DNA from: Candidatus Poribacteria bacterium
Lineage (GTDB): Bacteria; Poribacteria; WGA-4E; WGA-3G
Assembly: GCA_965208735.1 (NCBI GenBank)
Contig: CBDBPM010000002.1
Location: 3,206,962-3,270,961 of the forward strand
Length of the DNA: 64,000 bases
Direction of reading: 5' to 3'
Shown here: positions 31,706 to 42,953 of the stretch, piece by piece
Layout of the letters: each line of letters starts with the position of its first letter
Numbering within the stretch: the stretch's first letter is position 1
Notes under the pieces: model-generated
What the model was told of the DNA's origin: nothing
Database searches by the model: none
Seen by the model: only the letters and a program-made list of their open reading frames with translations
Position numbers and translations under genes: made by a program

Positions 31706-34700
31706 ATGAAAACCCAAAAAAGACTACTTTTCATCTTAACACTGCTCATCATCTCAACAACGTATCCACCCATCGGCTTCACACAAGACTACACAACCTT
31801 GAACCTACCGGAAAGCGCAAAAGCGCGTATCGGGAAAGGAATCGTTGAAGATCTACAATTCTCGCCGGACAACAAACTGCTCGCGGTGGTGACCTCCATC
31901 GGTATCTGGATCCATGACATCACTACCGGCGAAGACCTGGAACTCCTTACCGAACAAAACACCGGGGCTTACACGAGCGTCGCCTTCAGTCCCGACGGCT
32001 CAATGCTCGCAAGCGGGCACTCAGACGGCACAATCCAATTGTGGAATGTCGACAACTTCACATTAATCAGGACACTCACAGGGCATGGAGGAAAGGTTAG
32101 ATACATAGTTGGAACGAGACCTCTTAGCGGTGTCATGAGCGTCGTCTTCAGCTCAGACGGCATAACACTCGCAAGTGGCGGTGGCGATAAGACCGTCAGG
32201 TTGTGGGATGTCAACACCGGTAGACAGAAAAAAATCCTCAAAGAACATACGGACGTTGTCACCAGTGTCGCCTTCGGACCCGACCCCAACGATGTAGATC
32301 CACGTTGCCCAAAGGAAATACTTGCCAGTGCAAGTTGGGACAAAACCGTCATCCTTTGGGACCTCTCCACAAATCAACCGAAGCAAACATTCACCGGGCA
32401 TACCCACATCATCACAAGTGTAGCGATCAGTCCAAACCCTATGATTCCTGTCCTCGCCAGCGGCAGCTGGGACGGAACAATCCAAATGTGGGACCTCTCC
32501 ACAGGGGAATTAAAACATACACTCACAAATGAGTACAAGTCACGAACAAATAACATCTGTTTCAAATCCGACGGTTACATTCTCATGAGTAGTTCGGAGA
32601 GGGGCGTAAATCTATGGGCAACATTAAGCGGTGCACACAAACAGCAGTTGGAAGGCACCTTCGCGTGTTTCAGTCCCGATGGAAGCCTTATCGCAACAAG
32701 TAGTGCTATACCTGAATTAGATTATTCTAATTTCGAAGAATACAAATATGGAGTCAAAATATTGGCGATGCACCCCGCCCAGATATGGGGAGTAGAAGAA
32801 GGTTTAAGCACAATATATGGACGTTCTTCTGTGCTGAGCCGTGATGGCAAAACCACAGCATTAGGCAGCGTAATATACCCCCCTAACGACGCTAAGCACC
32901 GTAGACATTTTGAGTTTTATATCTACGATACGACGCAAAGACCTCAAGAGTATCCGCCGATCATAAAACCGAAAACGATAATCTCCACAGCAGACTGGGC
33001 GGAAGTCCCTGATATCTGTTTCGATTCAGACGCTAAGATAGTTCCCGATAGTTCTTATTGGACTTCCTCAGAGCTCGTATCATTTGGGAAAGCAAATCCG
33101 GATATAAACACAGTTTGCGCTGTTGGAGGATTGGACCAATGGGTTGTGGATTACGCGTTAAGTCCGGATGGTCAAACGCTTGCGGTTCTGTTGGATTGGG
33201 CAATTGCTAAGCCTTTCGAGCAAACTGTTAATATGGAGCGTGAAGATGGGCTTCATATTGGTCCTGGTTTTGAACCGAGAAAATTCCAATCGTTAGATCT
33301 TGAGGGGTTCCGTAGTGTGCTACTGTTCGATACTGCCACCGGAGAACTCGAAAGCCTATACAATCTTTGGACACCAGGTGGTTATCGTGGTAATGGTTAT
33401 GTATTTAGTCCTGATGGATTGACACTGGCATGTAAGGAGTCAGAATGGGATTCTAATGTTGGAGCGTCTATAGAATATATCGTTTTAAAGGATATCCGGA
33501 GCGGTAGCACAAGACAGAGCATTCGTATCCCTCCTGGCGATGGCGATTTTGCCGGGAGCATCTACATCGGCTTCAGCCCAGATAGCGAAACGATCATATA
33601 TTCTGATAACTCTGACACGTCCATTTATATGTGGGATGTCGCAAGCGGCTCCCTAAAACAGACACTCTCTGTAGGCAGTACAGGAAGCGTGTCCGATATG
33701 GCATACAGCCCGGATGGCGAAACGATAGCGATAGCGATGCGCCATAGTGATCAGATCAATTGGTGGGACGTAGAGACCGGTAAACACCTATTCACAAAAG
33801 GTAGTCTGGGGGGTTATGGCATCGCCTTTAGTCGAGATGGTAAGACGATCTGGGAATACCAGTACCCACTGACTATGATATGGGATGTCTGTACTGGTGA
33901 AGAAATACAGTTTGAAGCACAGAATATCGTAAGCCATTCCGAATATAGTAAGGATTATTCCCAATATCATGATCCGTATGATAGAGCGGAACTTCTTCCA
34001 GATGAAGAGGGATTGACACTACAAACAGATAAATATCTTTCCGGTTTCGGGACTGTGGGATTGTACGATCTATCAGGGGTAGTCCACTCCGGTTTAGTAT
34101 TCACAGGGTATGAGAGAGACGCACAAAGTATCAACCAAGTCTCGTTTAGTTCAGATGGCAAAACGCTCGCAAGTGCGGGGAATTATATCAGATTGTGGGA
34201 TGTCGAAACGGCAACACCGAAATCCAATCATACATTAACATTAAATACTCTTTCTGCCAGTAACGCTGTGTTCAATCAATTCGGGATCGAAGCACTCGCG
34301 ACCAGCTCTTGGAATGAGATTTCGGTGTGGTCTCCATCTGACGATAGACGAGTCGCGAGGCTCACTGGACACAAGGACCACATCACGAGCCTCGCGTTCA
34401 GCCCCTTCCCCGGCAGCAGCACCCTTGCAAGTGGAAGTTACGACGGAACAGTCAAGGTATGGTATCATGTGAGAGTTGGTGATTCGTCAGCCTCAGTAAC
34501 ACTCAGCGCGCATACGGGAGTAGTCACGAGCGTAGCGTTTAGTAATCCCCACGGGTACGGGGCCGGCAGCACCCTCGCAAGTGGAAGTCACGACAAAACA
34601 ATCAAGTTGTGGTACCCTGCTGATCCTATTGTTGCGGATACATTCGAGAATAGGCTGCTCGGGCTGACACCAACACGCTCAGTAACACTCACCGGGCATG

Positions 34701-35647
34701 CGGAGAGAGTCACAAGCCTTGCCTTCGGACCACTCTATCCAGCAGCATTCGGACCAAAGCATTCAGGAACACTTACACTCGCAAGTGGAAGCTTTGATTC
34801 AACAGTACGACTGTGGAAGGTCAAAGCTGGCGAACTGAACGAAGACTCAGTCTCCCTCAAACATACCCTCACCGGTCATAAAGGGCCAGTCACGAGCGTG
34901 GCATTCAACCGGATGGGCACTCTCGTTGCATCAGGAGGTATGGATAAAACAATCCGTATCTGGAATCCTTTCATCGGTAAACACCTGAAAACGCTCAAGG
35001 GACATAAAGGCGCGGTTAATAGCGTCTCGTTTAGCCCGGATGGCAACACCCTCGCATCAGGAAGCGCGGACGGCACAATCTTGCTCTGGGACATTGACTT
35101 CCATCGTATTGTTGTTGAATTAAAAGTTGATGTTAACGGAGACGGCACCGTCAACATCCAAGACCTCGTACAAGTCGCAGCCGCATTCGGTGAAGGGGCA
35201 GCCGCACCCGCCGCACATGCCACAATCATCGAACACCTCACCGCTACTGAAGTCAAACATTGGCTATACGCAGCACAACACGCAAACCTCACCGACCCAA
35301 CTTTCCAACGCGGCATTGAAGTCCTAAAACAACTCCTCGCAGCGTTGATCCCCAAAGAGACAGCACTCCTGCCGAACTACCCGAACCCGTTCAATCCAGA
35401 GACATGGATACCGTATCAGTTGGCAAATCCAGCAGATGTCGCGCTCCGTATCTATGCGGTAGACGGAAGTTTGGTACGCGTGTTATCATTAGGGCATAAA
35501 GCAGTAGGCACCTATCAGACCCGGGCGCGTGCGGCGTATTGGGACGGCAGAAACGCAGTCGGTGAACCCGTCGCAAGCGGCGTATATTTTTACACACTCA
35601 CAGCAGGAGATTTCAATTCAACACGAAAACTGTTGATACGGAAATAG
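31706..35647 (+). CDS. Exported WD40-repeat protein with dockerin-like motif and FlgD/T9SS-like C-terminal domain
   Basis: Signal peptide; GH...V.SVAFSPDG..LASG..D..I.LWD repeats; DVNGDGTVNIQDL; NYPNPFNPETWIPY...GVYFY...RKLLIRK. Confidence 0.9.
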   Translation: MKTQKRLLFILTLLIISTTYPPIGFTQDYTTLNLPESAKARIGKGIVEDLQFSPDNKLLAVVTSIGIWIHDITTGEDLELLTEQNTGAYTSVAFSPDGSMLASGHSDGTIQLWNVDNFTLIRTLTGHGGKVRYIVGTRPLSGVMSVVFSSDGITLASGGGDKTVRLWDVNTGRQKKILKEHTDVVTSVAFGPDPNDVDPRCPKEILASASWDKTVILWDLSTNQPKQTFTGHTHIITSVAISPNPMIPVLASGSWDGTIQMWDLSTGELKHTLTNEYKSRTNNICFKSDGYILMSSSERGVNLWATLSGAHKQQLEGTFACFSPDGSLIATSSAIPELDYSNFEEYKYGVKILAMHPAQIWGVEEGLSTIYGRSSVLSRDGKTTALGSVIYPPNDAKHRRHFEFYIYDTTQRPQEYPPIIKPKTIISTADWAEVPDICFDSDAKIVPDSSYWTSSELVSFGKANPDINTVCAVGGLDQWVVDYALSPDGQTLAVLLDWAIAKPFEQTVNMEREDGLHIGPGFEPRKFQSLDLEGFRSVLLFDTATGELESLYNLWTPGGYRGNGYVFSPDGLTLACKESEWDSNVGASIEYIVLKDIRSGSTRQSIRIPPGDGDFAGSIYIGFSPDSETIIYSDNSDTSIYMWDVASGSLKQTLSVGSTGSVSDMAYSPDGETIAIAMRHSDQINWWDVETGKHLFTKGSLGGYGIAFSRDGKTIWEYQYPLTMIWDVCTGEEIQFEAQNIVSHSEYSKDYSQYHDPYDRAELLPDEEGLTLQTDKYLSGFGTVGLYDLSGVVHSGLVFTGYERDAQSINQVSFSSDGKTLASAGNYIRLWDVETATPKSNHTLTLNTLSASNAVFNQFGIEALATSSWNEISVWSPSDDRRVARLTGHKDHITSLAFSPFPGSSTLASGSYDGTVKVWYHVRVGDSSASVTLSAHTGVVTSVAFSNPHGYGAGSTLASGSHDKTIKLWYPADPIVADTFENRLLGLTPTRSVTLTGHAERVTSLAFGPLYPAAFGPKHSGTLTLASGSFDSTVRLWKVKAGELNEDSVSLKHTLTGHKGPVTSVAFNRMGTLVASGGMDKTIRIWNPFIGKHLKTLKGHKGAVNSVSFSPDGNTLASGSADGTILLWDIDFHRIVVELKVDVNGDGTVNIQDLVQVAAAFGEGAAAPAAHATIIEHLTATEVKHWLYAAQHANLTDPTFQRGIEVLKQLLAALIPKETALLPNYPNPFNPETWIPYQLANPADVALRIYAVDGSLVRVLSLGHKAVGTYQTRARAAYWDGRNAVGEPVASGVYFYTLTAGDFNSTRKLLIRK

Positions 35648-35976
35648 GCGAGTACGCGGTTGTCAGTACTCAGTACGCTGCGCTTTCAGTACTCAGTTAA
35701 CAACTTGTGACGGGTGTGTAAAGTTTTTGTCACGGTTTCCTTGATTTTTTGATAGGACCGGTTTGTTTACATAGCACTCCGCTGGAGTGCAAGAATGGAT
35801 ACCGGTTTTTCTATAGATATGTTGCTCCGCTGGAGCAAAGAGGCATCTTTACAGATTTTTCTATAGATATGTTGCTCTGCTGGAGCAAAGAGGCATCTTT
35901 ACAGATAAGACTTCTTCACGCCAGAGACGTGATATATCTATAGAAATCTGCCGGAATGTTTACACACCCTATATTC

Positions 35977-36141
35977 CAGGGTCATTCAATTGTACGCTTT
36001 TTGTGTTGTATTTTTTGCAGGTGTTAATACTTTATATATGTTATGTTTTAAAACAAACCGCTGAAATTTTCGCAGCATTTCGCACCGGATCCTGAAAAAA
36101 AGACGTAAAATCCAATAATTTCTTAAAATTGAATGGTCCTG
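35977..36141. mobile_element. 165-bp AT-rich MITE-like element
   Basis: Terminal inverted repeats CAGGGTCATTCAATT / AATTGAATGGTCCTG. Confidence 0.6.
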
Positions 36142-36357
36142 GGAGGTAAAAACCATTATCTTGGATTATTTCCGAGACCGTGCTAATATTACTGTGTAAA
36201 TCTACTATGAATCAATAAGCGGTTATACATCAAACAGTGTCTTTATAAGGTTTTAGCAACTTGTCGAACTGGACAATAACTGATTACCAGTTCCTTTTAT
36301 CATGGCAATCACATATATCAAAAAAAATACAGTTCAGATCAGCGGAGGCAAGGTGTC

Positions 36358-38802
36358 ATGGAAATAAGAAAACGCTATCTCCTTTTCGTCTCACTATTAA
36401 CAATCGTCGCGTTCATAGCACACGCACAGGACACCGACGACCACGAAGCCGAAGCAGCCCAAACCTATTTCGACCACGTTACACTGTTTTCGGGTGGCAG
36501 GATCACGCGCTTTACACAGATGCCGATTCGCGTACATATCTCGCCGACGCTCAAAGCACTCCCCTATCTAAACGAGATACGCTATGCCATGAACACATGG
36601 GAATCCGCCACCGGTGGCAAAATCCGGTTCCAAGAGACCGAAACCCCGGAACAGGCAGACATCCGCGTTAACCCAACCTACAGCGGTCGCTTAGCGTTCT
36701 TGGACACACGACTCGGCAGTGCGAAATTAACGAGGCTTTCACAAGGCACATCCACCACTGCTCAACGTTCAAGCACGACAATCGACTTCACCGTAGAAAT
36801 TGTTCTCATGTTAGAGGGCGATGGCACCATCGGTGAACTCTCAGAAGAAGAGATGCGGACGGTCTGTCTCCACGAATTGGGACACGCCATCGGGATCTGG
36901 GGGCACAGTCCAGACACAGATGATGCCTGCCACGCAACAGCGACAGCGCAGCACCCGACCCCGCGCGACATCAACACGCTCCTGAAACTTTACGACACAC
37001 CGCTCCATACGCCGCAGCACGACATTGCTATCGATCTCTTAAAAAAAGAGATCCAAATGGCTCCGAGACTTCCGCGTCCGCACTACCTCCTCGGTGCCGT
37101 CTACTTCGATAAAGGCGATATGACATCAGCCATCACCAACTTTCAGAACTGCCTCGGTGTCGATCCGAATTATGAACCGGCGAAGGAGAAACTGATTCAA
37201 GCGTATCAAAAGACAGGACAATCGAACGAAGCCGTGCGTCTTGTTGAACAGCGTGTAAAAAGCCAGCAGGGACACCGTTCCCTCCGCGACAGTGCCGAAT
37301 CCTATAACTCCCTCGGCACGCTCTACTACAAAGAAGGCGATACGGACAAGGCGATACAGGCTTTCGAGAGCGCGCTGAAACGTTCACCGCACCACAAAAT
37401 CGCGAAAAAGAACCTATGTCAGCTCTACCGTCAGAAAGCGTTCAACGCCTTGAAAAGTCGCGCTTTTGCGGAAGGCACCACATATTTTCAGAAAGCCATC
37501 CGTCTCGACCCGGAGAACGCCACCACCTATCGCGTCATGGGAGACGGATATGCACTCGTTTCCGAGTTCGCCCAAGCGATTACACACTACCAAAAAGCAC
37601 TGGAGCTCGCACCCGACGATGCGGAGACACAGAAGAACCTCGTACTCAGCTATAATAACCACGGGGTAGCACTCAGGAACAAAGGCGAATGGGACGCGGC
37701 GATTCGCGCCTATCGCGACGCGTTATTACTACAACCCACCTATCAACTCTCTAAAACGAACCTGAGCGATGTCCTCTGGCAAAAGGCGAATGCCCGTCGG
37801 CAAGCCGGACGTTCCACCGAGGCAATTGCGACCTATCTCGAACTGCAAAAACTGCAACCAGACGATACGGCTATCGCCAGCCTACTTGGGGAACTATACC
37901 TCAAAGTGAAAGACTATCCCGCTGCGATCTCCGCATTTCATAAGGTTCACACCGCACAGTCCACCAAACAGGCCACCAACGCACAGGCACAACGCAACCT
38001 CATCGCCGCGTATCAGCAGTATGCAGGCGCCTTGAGAAACCAGAGAGATTATAGTGCTGCACGGGTGCAGCTCCAGAAGGCGGTAGATATCTTTCCGACT
38101 AACATCAATCTCCGTTTGAGCCTGTCGCAGGCGTATCAACACCTCGGCAAATATGAGCAGGCACAAACCGAATTGGAACAGATTTTAGCACAAGACCCAG
38201 AAAACAAAAACGCAAAAACAGAACTCGTGAACATCCAGATCCGACGTGGAAATACCTTGATGAACCGGAAGAAATACGCAGCGGCACTCGCTGTCTTTGA
38301 AGGGATTCCGGCATCTGCAAAAACTATAGATATGCACAACATGATCGGCTACCTTTATCTCGTGCAGGATGAACACCTCAAAGCGTTGGCGACTTTTGAG
38401 ACCGTCCTCGCGAAACGCCCGAAGAATGCTGTCGCATATCAAAATCTGCTCTCGCTTGAATCGCAACTCGATGTAATGCTGAGTAAAGCGAGAGCCGCAG
38501 CCTCGCCAACACCCGGCACCGGCGAGGCTGCACCAAACTCTGGGACAGAAACCGCCGACCCGACCGCGGAGAAGTTGACTCGCGTGCAGTGTGCACTCGT
38601 GCGTTGTTTAATGAACCGAAAAGCGCCGAAGAATGCGATGGAGAAATATCAACAGGCGTTAGGTGTGAAACCCTACGCGCCAAAATCGCGAGACCTGCTC
38701 ATTGAGACCGGTAAGCAGCTCGCCAATTGGTATCAGAAGCGGAACGATGTTGATAGACATGAGGCAATTGTGCGTTGGATAACAGAATTGGACACCAATT
38801 AA
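36358..38802 (+). CDS. Exported metzincin (matrixin-like) metalloprotease with long TPR array
   Basis: HELGHAIGIWGH zinc motif followed by more than 10 TPR-like repeats. Confidence 0.88.
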   Translation: MEIRKRYLLFVSLLTIVAFIAHAQDTDDHEAEAAQTYFDHVTLFSGGRITRFTQMPIRVHISPTLKALPYLNEIRYAMNTWESATGGKIRFQETETPEQADIRVNPTYSGRLAFLDTRLGSAKLTRLSQGTSTTAQRSSTTIDFTVEIVLMLEGDGTIGELSEEEMRTVCLHELGHAIGIWGHSPDTDDACHATATAQHPTPRDINTLLKLYDTPLHTPQHDIAIDLLKKEIQMAPRLPRPHYLLGAVYFDKGDMTSAITNFQNCLGVDPNYEPAKEKLIQAYQKTGQSNEAVRLVEQRVKSQQGHRSLRDSAESYNSLGTLYYKEGDTDKAIQAFESALKRSPHHKIAKKNLCQLYRQKAFNALKSRAFAEGTTYFQKAIRLDPENATTYRVMGDGYALVSEFAQAITHYQKALELAPDDAETQKNLVLSYNNHGVALRNKGEWDAAIRAYRDALLLQPTYQLSKTNLSDVLWQKANARRQAGRSTEAIATYLELQKLQPDDTAIASLLGELYLKVKDYPAAISAFHKVHTAQSTKQATNAQAQRNLIAAYQQYAGALRNQRDYSAARVQLQKAVDIFPTNINLRLSLSQAYQHLGKYEQAQTELEQILAQDPENKNAKTELVNIQIRRGNTLMNRKKYAAALAVFEGIPASAKTIDMHNMIGYLYLVQDEHLKALATFETVLAKRPKNAVAYQNLLSLESQLDVMLSKARAAASPTPGTGEAAPNSGTETADPTAEKLTRVQCALVRCLMNRKAPKNAMEKYQQALGVKPYAPKSRDLLIETGKQLANWYQKRNDVDRHEAIVRWITELDTN

Positions 38803-38908
38803 AGGTAACCCCGTTTGTAGTAGGGAAACCATTCATTGCCCGTTTCTAACCTGTGGCTGCGTGATTTGAACCTGAAGGTAAGCCCATTTGTAGTAGCGAT
38901 GGAGTTCC

Positions 38909-39145
38909 GGTAGGTTGGGTTGAACGGTATTGAGAAACTCATATCGGACGCTAAATACCGCTGAAGGCAACAACGCATCCGATACACAAGAACACAGTGA
39001 AACCCAACTTCATACCGTTAGCGTGTGAAAAACCGCAATAGCGTTGGGTTTCACTCGGTTTCTGTTTAATATGGCATATATGGAGAGATTTGATTTTTCT
39101 ATTGCTTTTCAGGGTTTTGGTGGCATCCGTTCAACCCAACCTACG
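38909..39145. repeat. REP-doublet / REPIN-like palindromic element
   Basis: CGTAGGTTGGGTTGAACGG ... CCGTTCAACCCAACCTACG enclosing GTGAAACCCAAC/GTTGGGTTTCAC. Confidence 0.75.
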
Positions 39146-39311
39146 ATACTGGCAACCGACAACAGAGTCTTGGAAACTATTACAGCAATTATAGTAGATT
39201 CCATAATTATTTTCATATACGCTAACTCGTAGGGGCTGGGTAACCCAGCCCCTACGAAAGGGCGAAGTGTAAACATATTTCCTGATTTTACTATAACAAC
39301 GGAGCGTAATT

Positions 39312-40547
39312 ATGAATCTTTATAAATCAACGCAGATAAGTGTGGTCATCCTGTTAGTCCTCCAAATCGCCATCTTCAGCGGTTGCGATCAGTACGAGGA
39401 ATTCACCAATGACCCACCTGAAATCACCAACCTCACTGTTCCAGTGGAGGTCGAATACGGTGAAACCGTTCAACTCCGAATTAGGGCTTTTGATGCGGAT
39501 AACGACGATCTAACCTATATATGGGATGTTTCCGAAGGCACATTGGTGAGCGACACGGGTCCCGAAGTTCAGTGGACTGCCCCAGAATCATCGGAAAAAA
39601 TGGTGCCATCGAAAGTCGTAACCGTTAATGTCTATGTCCGAGACGGTAGCGAGAAAGATGCCTCCAAAACAGCAACGATCCTCGTCTACTCCAAACCCTA
39701 CAGAATCGCCGAGACACTCAGCGGCACCTATACGCTCGTTTCCAAAAGTGTTCACGGCGACCCTGTCCAAGTGACAGGTGCCCTGCGCCTCACGCCCACA
39801 ACGTTCACCCAGGAGTTCCAGGAGGTTTTAGAAGGCGAAGCACAATCCCTGAAACAGTTCGTCACCGGTTCCTACAAACTCATCAGGCCGTTTGCCCAAA
39901 GCAGCGGGACAATCCACTGGTTCACGCATGGAAACCCCAGGCCTTCTGTAGGTACATATACTTGGGATGGACAATTCTTGGCTTTAGTCTTTCGCGCCGA
40001 TGCTACGCAGTATATCTACAACCGTGCAGGCCCGGACCCCGAAGTTGTCGAAACCGATGATGCCGAGCCAGAACCGATTGATCCCGAACCCATTGAAGAA
40101 GATATCGAACCGGAACCGATTGATCCCGAACCCATTGAAGAAGATGTCGAACCGGAACCGATTGATCCCGAACCCATTGAAGAACTCGAAGATGAGGTTA
40201 ACCCGGATCCGGTGAATACCGATGGGAAACCCGTTGTCATTACCGATGCAACGTTCAAAACCGAGGTGTTGGATGCTGAATTGCCGGTTGTGCTTGAATT
40301 TGAAGCCGATTGGTGTCCGTTCTGCAGACAGATGAAGCCAATCGTTGCGTCCGTCGCGTTGGAACACCGGAACACTTTCATCATTGGGAAGTTGGATATC
40401 GACGAAAACCGGCAGACGACAGAGAAATATAAAGTTAGGGGGATCCCAGCGTATATTGTATTCCGAAACGGTGCAGAGGTCGCAAGGTTCGCAGGCGCGA
40501 TGCCTAAACAAGTCTTTGAAAATAGAATCCTTGATGCACTCAAATAG
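39312..40547 (+). CDS. Lipoprotein: PKD/Ig-like and beta domains, acidic Pro-rich linker, C-terminal thioredoxin (WCPFC)
   Basis: Lipobox FSGC; three 39-bp EPEPIDPEPIEE repeats; F.ADWCPFCRQMKP...GIP...F.G. Confidence 0.9.
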   Translation: MNLYKSTQISVVILLVLQIAIFSGCDQYEEFTNDPPEITNLTVPVEVEYGETVQLRIRAFDADNDDLTYIWDVSEGTLVSDTGPEVQWTAPESSEKMVPSKVVTVNVYVRDGSEKDASKTATILVYSKPYRIAETLSGTYTLVSKSVHGDPVQVTGALRLTPTTFTQEFQEVLEGEAQSLKQFVTGSYKLIRPFAQSSGTIHWFTHGNPRPSVGTYTWDGQFLALVFRADATQYIYNRAGPDPEVVETDDAEPEPIDPEPIEEDIEPEPIDPEPIEEDVEPEPIDPEPIEELEDEVNPDPVNTDGKPVVITDATFKTEVLDAELPVVLEFEADWCPFCRQMKPIVASVALEHRNTFIIGKLDIDENRQTTEKYKVRGIPAYIVFRNGAEVARFAGAMPKQVFENRILDALK

Positions 40548-40582
40548 GTTTCATGTGGACATCAGGAAAAAGGAGATTGCCA

Positions 40583-42826
40583 ATGAAACGCATGCTATTT
40601 TCAATTTTGATCCCTATGTTTATGGTGCTGGGCGGCGTGTCCCACGGCCAGGGTTTGGGCATACAGCCATACGAACGTGAGAGGGTGCGCTTAATCTATT
40701 TCCGCCCAAGCGACCGTCCACATCGCCAAACTATTGACACAGAGTTGGACATCTTGATACGATGGTCACAGTACTTCTTCGCCGAACAGATGCAAAACTA
40801 CGGGAGAAAAACATTTGCTTTTGAAACCGATACTACCGGTCACGCGAAGGTCCACCATGTTACCGGAAAGTTCACAGATACCTATTATCACAGTGATACC
40901 TACGACAAAGTAGTGAACGAGGTTATGGAGCAGTTTGATACCTCAAGGGATGTCGTCCTCATCACCGTGGACGTGAGTAGCGAATTCATTAACAACGAAG
41001 GCACGTGTGGGATAGGCGGCGGCGGTTGGAAATCGCACGACAGCGAATTGTGGTGGCGAGATTTTGGCGGAACGGCTGTTATCCCTGCCTCCGGTGTCTG
41101 CATTAACCCGAGTATTACCGCGCATGAACTCGGACACGTCTTCGGATTAGAACACGATTTTCGCGACGATGCGTATCTCATGGCTTACGGCACGCAAGAA
41201 CGCTTATCGCAGTGTGCTGCGGAATGGTTGGACGCCCACCGGTTCTTCAACAACGATCCAGTGCAGCTCAATGATGCAGCGACGATGGATATGCATGCCT
41301 CGAACACTGCGACACCGGGGAATCTGAGTCTGCAATTTGAACTGACCGATACCGATGGCCTCCATCAGGCGCAGCTGATTGTCCCGGCAACTGCCGCGGA
41401 TCCTGCACAAGGCACGAAGCTCCATAGCTGCAAGTCACTGAAAGGTGAAAACCAGACTGTTGGATTCCTCACGACGGATTTAGCAGCCGAAGCTGGAAGC
41501 GAAGTAACGCTGCAAGTGATTGATGATAGGGGGGGTATTACCAAACAGACCTTCGCCCTTAAAATAGAAGGTAGAATCTCAAACCGGGCACCCATAGCCG
41601 TCGGCACAATTCCTGACCAAAATTTGACGCTCGGCGGCAGTGCTACGATGCTTAACATATCGCCTTACTTCAGCGATCCAGACGGTGATGTTTTAAGTTA
41701 TAAGGCTGAATCAAATAACACAAGGGTGGTAGCTGTGCGTTTGGCTGGAAGCCAAATAACAATCGCACCGAGGGGTATAGGTAGTACGAGCGTGGCGGTG
41801 ACGGCGAGCGATGGTAAATTGCTTGTCACGCAGCGCGTCTCAGTTCAGGTCGAGGGCGCGCCTGTCGCAGATGCCACAGATACCTTTGACGACCCTTTTG
41901 AAGGCACGGCACTGCAAAACCCGAATTGGCAGTGGCAAAATGAACCCGTGAATTGGGATGTCGGCGAAACACGAGACGGTTTCCTCCATATCAAGAGCGA
42001 AACCAACCGGAATCTCTGGGCATCAGATACCACGCATTTCTTGTATCAGGAGACCAGTGCCGACGCATTTGACGTCGAAACCCACTTCTTCACCAGATGG
42101 GATACATCTTCCGGTGTCAATGGACTGGTCGTGAAAAGTCCGGCGGACAATAACTGGGTGACAATAAAATTCTGGGCACGCGATGCTGTCTCGAAAGGAC
42201 AAATCCAGTATCAAACCAAGCAAAATGAGGGTGGAGACGGCTTGACAGATAATGCCGGGTTCACACCGACCTTTGGCAACACCGAACTCTTTTTCCGGCT
42301 CCGTAAACAAGGAAACACCTACACAGGATGGTATAAAACCCGCGAAGCGGACCCTTGGATAGAGATTGGCGTTACGAATTTTGCTTTGACACCGCCGCTA
42401 CACGTGGGCATTTATGCAGGAGTTACCGCGGGGGCAGGCACCTTAACGGTTGACTATGATTACTTCCGAAGCACAGTTGACACGGGTGTTCTCGCATCAC
42501 CGCTGCTCCATGTCGCTGCCATGGAGACACCAACGGAAACGACACTCTTGCCGAACTATCCGAACCCGTTCAACCCAGAGACATGGATACCGTATCAGTT
42601 ATCATCGCCATCGGATGTGACGGTGCATATCTATGCAGTAGATGGAAGTTTGGTACGCGTGTTATCATTAGGACATAAAACGACAGGCATCTATGAATCA
42701 CGCACCCGTGCTGCCTATTGGGACGGCAGAAACAACTTAGGTGAACCCGTCGCAAGCGGACTCTATTTCTACACACTCACCGCAGGCGAATTCACCGCAA
42801 CACGTAAAATGTTGATACGCAAATAG
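40583..42826 (+). CDS. Exported Zn-metallopeptidase with Ig-like, lectin-like and FlgD/T9SS-like C-terminal domains
   Basis: HELGHVFGLEH plus Met-turn; NRAP...FSDPDGD.L.Y; NYPNPFNP...RKMLIRK. Confidence 0.85.
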   Translation: MKRMLFSILIPMFMVLGGVSHGQGLGIQPYERERVRLIYFRPSDRPHRQTIDTELDILIRWSQYFFAEQMQNYGRKTFAFETDTTGHAKVHHVTGKFTDTYYHSDTYDKVVNEVMEQFDTSRDVVLITVDVSSEFINNEGTCGIGGGGWKSHDSELWWRDFGGTAVIPASGVCINPSITAHELGHVFGLEHDFRDDAYLMAYGTQERLSQCAAEWLDAHRFFNNDPVQLNDAATMDMHASNTATPGNLSLQFELTDTDGLHQAQLIVPATAADPAQGTKLHSCKSLKGENQTVGFLTTDLAAEAGSEVTLQVIDDRGGITKQTFALKIEGRISNRAPIAVGTIPDQNLTLGGSATMLNISPYFSDPDGDVLSYKAESNNTRVVAVRLAGSQITIAPRGIGSTSVAVTASDGKLLVTQRVSVQVEGAPVADATDTFDDPFEGTALQNPNWQWQNEPVNWDVGETRDGFLHIKSETNRNLWASDTTHFLYQETSADAFDVETHFFTRWDTSSGVNGLVVKSPADNNWVTIKFWARDAVSKGQIQYQTKQNEGGDGLTDNAGFTPTFGNTELFFRLRKQGNTYTGWYKTREADPWIEIGVTNFALTPPLHVGIYAGVTAGAGTLTVDYDYFRSTVDTGVLASPLLHVAAMETPTETTLLPNYPNPFNPETWIPYQLSSPSDVTVHIYAVDGSLVRVLSLGHKTTGIYESRTRAAYWDGRNNLGEPVASGLYFYTLTAGEFTATRKMLIRK

Positions 42827-42953
42827 ATAGACCCACTGTAGGCGGGGTTTTGAACCCCGCCAAAACCAGCAAACGATAATGACCTTATCACAGAAATCAC
42901 AGTTCAGATACCAAACGCCAATCGCTAACACCGCATAAAGGAGACACAACCTC